Origin: Minisyncoccota bacterium
Lineage (GTDB): Bacteria > Patescibacteriota > Minisyncoccia > Phycocordibacterales > DATDWN01
DNA: 64,000 nucleotides
Reading direction: 5' to 3'
Assembly: GCA_041658985.1 (NCBI GenBank)
Contig: JBAZZC010000001.1
Coordinates: forward strand, 65,813-129,812
Shown: piece by piece, positions 57,508 to 64,000 of the stretch
How positions within the stretch are numbered: position 1 is the stretch's first letter
Layout of the letters: each line of letters starts with the position of its first letter
Made by a program: the position numbers and the translations under genes
Notes under the pieces: model-generated
The model's input: only the letters and a program-made list of their open reading frames with translations
Database searches by the model: none
Told to the model about the DNA's origin: nothing

Positions 57508-57605
57508 GGTAGTAAAAAGTTCATAAAGTTATAAAGTCCATAAAGTAGATACAGAAGCATTTACTTTATAAACTTTACAAACTTTCAACTTTATAACTCA
57601 ATTTT

Positions 57606-57863
57606 ATGTTTAATATAAAAAATTATTTAGAGAAATTTTCTAGGAGGCTATATTCTTCCGAAGAACAAAAGAAAAAAATCCTAGAAATTATAGAAAAGCA
57701 TACCCAAATAATACTTTCTTTAGAAGAGATGGAAATAAAAAATTATATAATCCATTTAAAAACCTCTCCAGCTGTTTTAAATAAAATTTTTATATATAAA
57801 AGTAAAATACTGGAAGACGTCACCCTACAAGTTAAAGATTTAAAAATTATTGATATTAAATAG
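57606..57863 (+). CDS. small hypothetical protein (DciA-like?)
   Basis: 85-aa ORF after dnaN; family assignment tentative. Confidence 0.5.
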   Translation: MFNIKNYLEKFSRRLYSSEEQKKKILEIIEKHTQIILSLEEMEIKNYIIHLKTSPAVLNKIFIYKSKILEDVTLQVKDLKIIDIK

Positions 57864-57866
57864 TTT

Positions 57867-60029
57867 CTACTGTAGTCCTTGAGATACTGCCCACAACCTG
57901 ACAGAATACTCCCACCTATCAAACTGTGGGTCAAACGTGGGGTTTACCGGGGTTGTTCCTCTTGGGTCATCTTTATTTAGCCAATATAAAATTGAATGGA
58001 CACCACCAGAAAGGACCTCTTGTATAGAGTTGTATGGGATATTTGGGTCAATAACCGGATTTTGTATAATATTTGAAATTCCTCCTTGCCACTTAGCCCT
58101 TAAAACAGGTTTTAGGTCGTAAGAATCTTCTCTTGCTGGTTTTGTAAATGTCTCATTCGGAACGGTTTTTAAGGCTTCATCCATGAAAGCTCGCCACATT
58201 GGTGCCACAATTAATCCAGAGACCTTTTTTGCCATTGGGGTGTTGTCGTTGTTTCCGGCCCAAGTTCCTACAACCAAACTTGGTGTGTATCCTATGGTCC
58301 AAGCGTCTTTGTAGTTATTTGTTGTTCCCGTTTTTACTGCCACCTCACGCTCTCCAAAATAAACAACCGAATTTGCTCCGTATAAAGGGGTTCTTGCTAC
58401 ATTATCAGACAAAATATCACTTATTTTTCTTGCAATTTCAACATCCAAAACACGGTTTGGTTTTGGGCTCAGTTCTTCTAAAATATTTCCCTTAGCATCC
58501 TCAACTCTTAATATGCTAGTATACGAAACTCTTGTTCCTTCGGTTGCAAAAACCCCATAGGCCGAGGTCATATCAAGCAAGGAAACCTCACCACCACCAA
58601 GAACCAAGGTTAGTCCGTACATGTTTGCGTCGCCAAGACTTTCTATGCCCATATTTGTGGCAAGGTCAATAGATTCTTTTATACCAGCCAGATAGAGCAC
58701 TTTTACTGACGGGACGTTTATGGACTGTGCCAGAGCCTCTCGCATAGTCATTGGTCCTCGGAATTTGTCGTCATAATTTTGTGGAGCGTAGCAGGTGCCG
58801 TCTGTGGTGGTGGTGAAATTGTCCAGGGGACATTTTACTGAAAACTGTGTGGGTAAATCAAATAGGGCTGTTTCTGGGGTGTATCCTTTTATAAAAGCTT
58901 CTGCATAAACAAAAGGTTTAAAAGTTGACCCCGGCTGTCTGTGTGCCGTGGTTACATTAAAGTTCCCATCAATTTTTGTGTCAAAATAATCTCGTGAACC
59001 AACCATAGTCAGGATTCCACCTGTTTTTGGGTCTAAGGCCACAAAAGCATCGTTTGAACCGTTGAAGTTTTGCTCATTTATTTCAGCGTACTTTTTTGCA
59101 ATCTCCTCAGCCTTTGTCTGCAGGTCATAATTTAATGTGGTTGTTACCCTCAGACCCCCCTGTTCCAAGACATCAAGCCCATATTTGTTTTCTAAATAAT
59201 CTTTTACAAACATTACAAAATGAGGAGCCTTAATACCCTTATCTTGTTTTGGAAGAAATTCTACTTTTTCATCCATCGCCTTTTTATACTCATCTTCGTT
59301 TATTCTTTCATCACGAAGCATTTCCTTAAGGACCACATTTTTTCTTTCTTCTAATTTATCTTTGTGTGTTCCGTAGGGAGAATAATATGACGGAGCTTGG
59401 GGGAGGGAAGCTAAATAAGCTGACTCAGCAACACTTATTTCTTTAGCTGTTTTTCCAAAGAAAGCCTCGCTGGCTTCTTCTACCCCATATAAACTACCCC
59501 CGTATGAAATTTCATTAAGGTATATGCTGAAAATTTGGTCTTTGCTCAAAACCTTTTCAAGCTTCAAAGAAAGGACAAGTTCTTTTAATTTTCTAGTTGC
59601 TGTTTTATCTCCAGTTAGAATAGAATTTTTTACAACCTGTTGGGTGATGGTTGAACCACCTTGACCAAAACTCAAAGAAACCAGGTTTGCCATAAAAGCC
59701 CTCAAGATTGATAGCGGTTTTACTCCGTGGTGTGAGTAGAAGTCCTTATCCTCAATGGCTAGAGTTGCGGATTTTACATTTTGAGAAATGTCCTCAAATG
59801 GTACAACAGTACGTTTGGTGTTTTGATAAACATCATACAAAAGAATTTTACCTGTGTTATCGTATATCTTAGTGGACTGGCTCACTTTTCTGGCCTCTAT
59901 TGTATCAAGTGATGGGATTTGAAAGGTTGAAACCCAAATAAGAGCGATTCCAGCTAGCAATATCCCACAGGAAAACAAAAAAATAAAAATGTTTCGTAAG
60001 CCGTGGCGTTTCAGTAGGCCTTTCTTCAT
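57867..60029 (-). CDS. class A penicillin-binding protein (PBP1A family)
   Basis: AIED..FY.H.G, GGSTITQQ, RK..E, RQPGSTFKP, S.N, KTGTT. Confidence 0.95.
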   Translation of the reverse strand: MKKGLLKRHGLRNIFIFLFSCGILLAGIALIWVSTFQIPSLDTIEARKVSQSTKIYDNTGKILLYDVYQNTKRTVVPFEDISQNVKSATLAIEDKDFYSHHGVKPLSILRAFMANLVSLSFGQGGSTITQQVVKNSILTGDKTATRKLKELVLSLKLEKVLSKDQIFSIYLNEISYGGSLYGVEEASEAFFGKTAKEISVAESAYLASLPQAPSYYSPYGTHKDKLEERKNVVLKEMLRDERINEDEYKKAMDEKVEFLPKQDKGIKAPHFVMFVKDYLENKYGLDVLEQGGLRVTTTLNYDLQTKAEEIAKKYAEINEQNFNGSNDAFVALDPKTGGILTMVGSRDYFDTKIDGNFNVTTAHRQPGSTFKPFVYAEAFIKGYTPETALFDLPTQFSVKCPLDNFTTTTDGTCYAPQNYDDKFRGPMTMREALAQSINVPSVKVLYLAGIKESIDLATNMGIESLGDANMYGLTLVLGGGEVSLLDMTSAYGVFATEGTRVSYTSILRVEDAKGNILEELSPKPNRVLDVEIARKISDILSDNVARTPLYGANSVVYFGEREVAVKTGTTNNYKDAWTIGYTPSLVVGTWAGNNDNTPMAKKVSGLIVAPMWRAFMDEALKTVPNETFTKPAREDSYDLKPVLRAKWQGGISNIIQNPVIDPNIPYNSIQEVLSGGVHSILYWLNKDDPRGTTPVNPTFDPQFDRWEYSVRLWAVSQGLQ

Positions 60030-60072
60030 AATAATTCATATTCTAACACAAATATGGTCTAAGTGTTTGTCT

Positions 60073-60285
60073 CTACCACTCATCCTTATCATCAAACGAA
60101 TCTTCTAGTAGTAGTTCATCTTCCTCATCAGCAAGAGCGTCAAGAGAGTCGGTTGAATCATCATCATGAACCCCGTGCTTTTTTGGTTTTTTATTTCCTA
60201 AAATTAAATCATCACCAAAATCATCTATTTCTCCTTCATCAACTTCTTCCAACTCTTTTTCTTTTGGGTCTAAATCATCATCCAT
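60073..60285 (-). CDS. small highly acidic protein
   Basis: MDDDLDPKEKELEEVDEGEIDDFGDD...DDKDEW. Confidence 0.6.
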   Translation of the reverse strand: MDDDLDPKEKELEEVDEGEIDDFGDDLILGNKKPKKHGVHDDDSTDSLDALADEEDELLLEDSFDDKDEW

Positions 60286-60415
60286 AATGTTTGAATTAAT
60301 TTCTAAACTTTCTACACACAAAACTTATTTTTTGTGTGTTCCACATATTTGTATCAAATTGTGTATTTTTTGCAACAAGGGTGATTTGTGGATAACTATG
60401 TGATAACATGGGTTT

Positions 60416-61381
60416 ATGTTTATTGATGAATTAACTGTTAATATCTGGGCTGGAAAGGGGGGCGATGGGGTGGTTTTGTGGAGACATGAGAAGGGTATAG
60501 ACCACGCTGGGCCCGGGGGTGGAGACGGTGGAAAGGGCGGGGGTGTCTACCTGAAAGGAGTCCAAGACATTGGGCGTCTTTCCGAGTATCGGTTTGTAAA
60601 AGACTTCAAGGCAGAGAATGGTGGTGCCGGACAAGGAAACTGTATGCACGGTAAGGCAGGGGAAGACATAACCATTGAACTTCCAATCGGTAGTGTCGTT
60701 ACCAACACTCAAACTGGAGAATTTATTGAGGTTTTAAATGCCGAGCCGATATTTTTTCTAAAGGGTGGTTGGGGTGGTTTTGGTAACCATCATTTTAAAA
60801 GTTCGGTCAATATGCGACCAAGAGAATCAACCCCAGGAAAACCGGGCCAGGGAGGTGAATTTTTTATTGAGCTAAGATTGGTTGTTGATTTGGGTTTAGT
60901 TGGACTTCCAAATGCCGGAAAATCAAGCTTACTTAACAGTTTAACCAGGGCTAAAGCAAAAGTTGGTAATTATATATTTACAACACTCTCACCAAATCTA
61001 GGTGACCTATATGGTTTTGTCATTGCTGACATTCCTGGGCTGATAGAAGGAGCAAATGAAGGAAAAGGCCTTGGACATAAGTTTTTAAAACATATAGTTC
61101 GAACAAAAATGTTACTACATTACATTTCTTGTGAAAATGAAAACCCCCTTGAGACATATAACGTCATTCATGAGGAGTTAAAAAAACACGACCCCACGCT
61201 TCTAGATAAAACGGAAGTCATTTTGTTTACAAAAGAAGATTTGGTTGATGGAGATAAATTGAAATCAAATTTTAAATTATTTAAAAAAACCCATAAACAC
61301 GTTTTTTCTGTGTCTATTATTGACGACAACTCCGTGAAGAAACTAAGTGACGAATTAGTAAAAATTCTCCGAAACTTGTAA
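60416..61381 (+). CDS. obgE: GTPase ObgE
   Basis: MFIDE, Gly-rich OBG fold, GLPNAGKS, FTTL.P, DIPGLIEGA. Confidence 0.96.
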   Translation: MFIDELTVNIWAGKGGDGVVLWRHEKGIDHAGPGGGDGGKGGGVYLKGVQDIGRLSEYRFVKDFKAENGGAGQGNCMHGKAGEDITIELPIGSVVTNTQTGEFIEVLNAEPIFFLKGGWGGFGNHHFKSSVNMRPRESTPGKPGQGGEFFIELRLVVDLGLVGLPNAGKSSLLNSLTRAKAKVGNYIFTTLSPNLGDLYGFVIADIPGLIEGANEGKGLGHKFLKHIVRTKMLLHYISCENENPLETYNVIHEELKKHDPTLLDKTEVILFTKEDLVDGDKLKSNFKLFKKTHKHVFSVSIIDDNSVKKLSDELVKILRNL

Positions 61382-61391
61382 TATTAGGAAC

Positions 61392-63338
61392 ATGAGTGAT
61401 TATAAGATGACAATTGGGTTGGAAATACACGCTGAATTAAAAACTAAAAGCAAAATGTTTTGTGGTTGCATAAATTCTCCCGAAGGAAAATCTCCAAATA
61501 TATATATTTGTCCAGTCTGTATGGGTCACCCGGGCACCTTGCCGGTAATTAACAAAGAAGCGGTTAAAAAAGTTCTTCTTGTTGGGACAGCTCTTGGCGG
61601 AGATGTAGCTGATTTTACGGAATTTGACCGAAAAAATTACTTTTATCCTGATATTCCAAAGGGATATCAAATTAGTCAGTATAAAAATCCTCTAGTACAA
61701 GGCGGAACTTTGAACAGAGTGAAAATAACACGGATTCATCTAGAAGAAGACACTGCTCGCTCAACACATGACACACCAGGAGTTAGTTTGGTTGATTATA
61801 ATCGGGCTGGGGTGCCCCTAATGGAGATGGTAACAGAACCAGTTATCCACAACAGCGAAGGAGCGATGAGGTTTGCCAAGGAATTTCAGCTTCTTTTACA
61901 ATATCTTGGTGTGTCCGATGCTAATATGGAAAAAGGGGAGATGCGTGTTGAGGTTAATATTTCTGTTGCGAAGCATCCAGAAACATTAACCTCCGCAGAA
62001 GGTCGCCGAAATGACGCAGAGGGTCGCAGACAGGATACATCCGAGCTTTTATATGAAGACCTCACATACAAAATTCGTGGAATACTGTTTGAGGTAAGAA
62101 AAAGACTGGGTTTGGGGCATAAGGAGCAAATTTATCACAATGCTTTAGAAATAGAGTTTAAGAAAGCTAACTTAAGTTTTGAGAGTAAAAAAAATATTTC
62201 TATATTGTATGAAGGTAAGAGTGTGGGCATATATCAACCGGACTTTATCATTGAGAATCAAATTATTATCGAACTGAAGGCATTACCGGAAATTGCTAGA
62301 CCGCAAACAGAACAACTTTGGTCGTATCTCAAGGGGTGTGAATATAAATTAGCACTACTGGTTAACTACGGTTCAAAGGACCTTGAAATAAAAAGGGTGG
62401 TTTACGATACGGCCAGAGAATCGAAATCCATTCAGCGTTTTTCTGCGTCAGGTCTGCGAGAGTCTGCGGTGCCATTTGGTACAAAAGTAGAAATAAAAAA
62501 TATCAACTCTTTTCGTGCTGTAGGTAAGGCCATTGATTTTGAATTTAATAGGCAGACTGCTCTTTTAGAGAGAGGTGAAAAAGTTGTACAGGAAACCAGG
62601 GGTTGGGATGAAAATAAAGAGTTAACTTTTTCTCAACGACTAAAGGAATCGGCTCACGATTATAGATACTTTGAGGACCCAGATTTGCCGAAAATAATTA
62701 TTTCAGAAATCCCAGAATTTTTACCAGCTGAATTGAAAAAACTTTTAGTTGAACTGCCGGAAGAAAAAAGAAAAAGACTAACAAATGATTTTGGTTTGAA
62801 ATCAGAAGATGTGGAGATGTATGTGGGGGACAGAGAAGTGGGAAAATTTTTTGAAACAGTCGCACAAAGTTTGTTGGAATCTATTCCGCGTTTTTCTGCG
62901 TCTAGTCTGCGAGAGTCTGCGGTGACAACAGCATCTAATTACATCACATCTGACATCGTTGGTCTGTCAAAATCAGTAGGTAAAAATTTTACATTTGGAA
63001 AAATAAACAAGGAGGGTTTTATTGGTTTGATGGTTATGATTGGTAAAGGCGAATTGTCTTCTAGGGGAGCCAAGGATATCTTAAAAATAATGTTTGAAGA
63101 AGGAGGTGACCCAAGTGCATTAGCTAATCAGAAAGGACTAATCCAAAAAAATAATTTATCAGAAATAAAATCTCTGGCGGAAAAAATAATTAGGGAAAAC
63201 CCAAAGGTTGTCGAGGAATATAAAAATGGAAAAGAGTCACTACTTCAGTTTTTTGTAGGGCAAGGAATGAAGGAATCAAAAGGTAGTATTAATCCTGAAC
63301 TGTTTAAAAAAGCTGTTTTAGAGCTATTGACAAAATAA
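61392..63338 (+). CDS. gatB: Asp/Glu-tRNA amidotransferase subunit B with internal GxxExxY insertion
   Basis: IGLEIH, FDRKNYFYPD, HLEED, DYNRAGVPL.E, VEIKN.NSF, QETRGW, DYRYF, FFVGQ.MK. Confidence 0.95.
   Translation: MSDYKMTIGLEIHAELKTKSKMFCGCINSPEGKSPNIYICPVCMGHPGTLPVINKEAVKKVLLVGTALGGDVADFTEFDRKNYFYPDIPKGYQISQYKNPLVQGGTLNRVKITRIHLEEDTARSTHDTPGVSLVDYNRAGVPLMEMVTEPVIHNSEGAMRFAKEFQLLLQYLGVSDANMEKGEMRVEVNISVAKHPETLTSAEGRRNDAEGRRQDTSELLYEDLTYKIRGILFEVRKRLGLGHKEQIYHNALEIEFKKANLSFESKKNISILYEGKSVGIYQPDFIIENQIIIELKALPEIARPQTEQLWSYLKGCEYKLALLVNYGSKDLEIKRVVYDTARESKSIQRFSASGLRESAVPFGTKVEIKNINSFRAVGKAIDFEFNRQTALLERGEKVVQETRGWDENKELTFSQRLKESAHDYRYFEDPDLPKIIISEIPEFLPAELKKLLVELPEEKRKRLTNDFGLKSEDVEMYVGDREVGKFFETVAQSLLESIPRFSASSLRESAVTTASNYITSDIVGLSKSVGKNFTFGKINKEGFIGLMVMIGKGELSSRGAKDILKIMFEEGGDPSALANQKGLIQKNNLSEIKSLAEKIIRENPKVVEEYKNGKESLLQFFVGQGMKESKGSINPELFKKAVLELLTK
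61993..62469 (+). mobile_element. 477-bp inverted-repeat-flanked GxxExxY nuclease element, in frame in gatB
   Basis: LGLGHKEQIYHNAL, PDFIIE...IIELK, SYLK...LLVNYG; CGCAGA repeats on the left and TCTGCG repeats on the right. Confidence 0.9.
62884..62922 (+). repeat. solo copy of the GxxExxY right-hand repeat, in frame in gatB
   Basis: TTCCGCGTTTTTCTGCGTCTAGTCTGCGAGAGTCTGCGG versus 62431-62469. Confidence 0.85.
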
Positions 63339-63349
63339 GTTTTTAATTT

Positions 63350-63598
63350 CTATTGGGTGTTCTCTAGGTGCCTTACAATCAGTTTTCTGACCTCCTTTTT
63401 TGGTGTCCTTGGCACACCCGTTCCAGTTTCAATGTCCATAATCACTTTCTCCAAATCTTCTATTTTATAGACCCTATAATTATTCATTGGGTGGCGGTGA
63501 GCCTTTAGCTTTCCATTCTTATCCCAATTACGCAAAGTTAAAGGAGAGACGTTTAAAATCTTTGAAGCTTGTCTAATTGTTATATATTGATTAGCCAT
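63350..63598 (-). CDS. MerR-family HTH DNA-binding protein
   Basis: TI.QA..IL.VS..TLRNWD..GKL...R.P.N.YR.Y. Confidence 0.88.
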   Translation of the reverse strand: MANQYITIRQASKILNVSPLTLRNWDKNGKLKAHRHPMNNYRVYKIEDLEKVIMDIETGTGVPRTPKKEVRKLIVRHLENTQ

Positions 63599-64000
63599 AC
63601 TGTTTCTACCATTATAAACCTTACTAATGGTTACTAATCATTATATAAAGTTTATAATTCATTATCAACCTCTGGTGTTCATAACTATTAGAAGTAAAAA
63701 AGTACAAAACACACATTTTACTTCTAAAATTTCTAATTTTTAATTTCTAATTTCTAAATATGGGCATAAATAAAAAATGTTTGATATTAACCATGTTTAC
63801 TCGTTGTAAAAACTTCTTTACGTTGTGTTTTTAGGTTTGTTTAGAAATTGAAAATTGGGAATTAAAAATTGCCTGTATATTCGGGTTTCTCGGCTATCCG
63901 AGATTGCCGAGATGTTTTTATTTATCCACACATTTTTGCTGTTTTGGTGTGTGTCCTAATTGTATAATTTCATCAATGGGTTCTGAACTATTTTTTGAAA

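Noticed and set aside
3679-62071. Numerous antisense ORFs overlapping conserved genes
   Set aside because: Shadow frames of real CDSs with no motifs or expression signals.
61993-62469. Intein in GatB
   Set aside because: No splicing-domain motifs; the insert is only a nuclease domain plus repeat-encoded linkers.
1-64000. Alternative genetic code (UGA=Gly)
   Set aside because: Conserved genes are full length under code 11, and TGA terminates rsmA and other ORFs.

Overview
AT-rich bacterial chromosome segment with a gene set typical of Patescibacteria/CPR (Parcubacteria-like, genetic code 11). It covers the origin region (yidC-rnpA-rpmH / dnaA-dnaN, DnaA boxes, a parS cluster) and housekeeping genes (rsmE, clpP, rny, hup, cca, xth, rpsO, pnp, comM/yifB, pcrA, rsmA, obgE, gatB). 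It also carries four tRNAs, three TrmB regulators, a VirB4/PrgI/VirB6-like secretion locus and about nine GC-rich single-gene cassettes, most with their own promoter, SD and terminator. Highlights: (1) a promoter-to-terminator unit at 31.2-32.6 kb with a small lipoprotein ORF followed by about 900 nt of highly structured non-coding RNA containing a complete type III hammerhead ribozyme, plus a divergent structured RNA with two SD-led 3-codon ORFs; (2) a GxxExxY nuclease domain flanked by inverted repeats and inserted in frame inside gatB; (3) a complete tRNA-Pro nested in the anticodon loop of a second, split tRNA-Pro copy; (4) several families of palindromic mini-elements that sit in frame in genes, at start codons, or carry locus-specific inverted flanks; (5) an orphan MazF/PemK gene facing a small promoter-driven RNA. 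All calls were made by eye from the sequence; no searches or folding programs were run.
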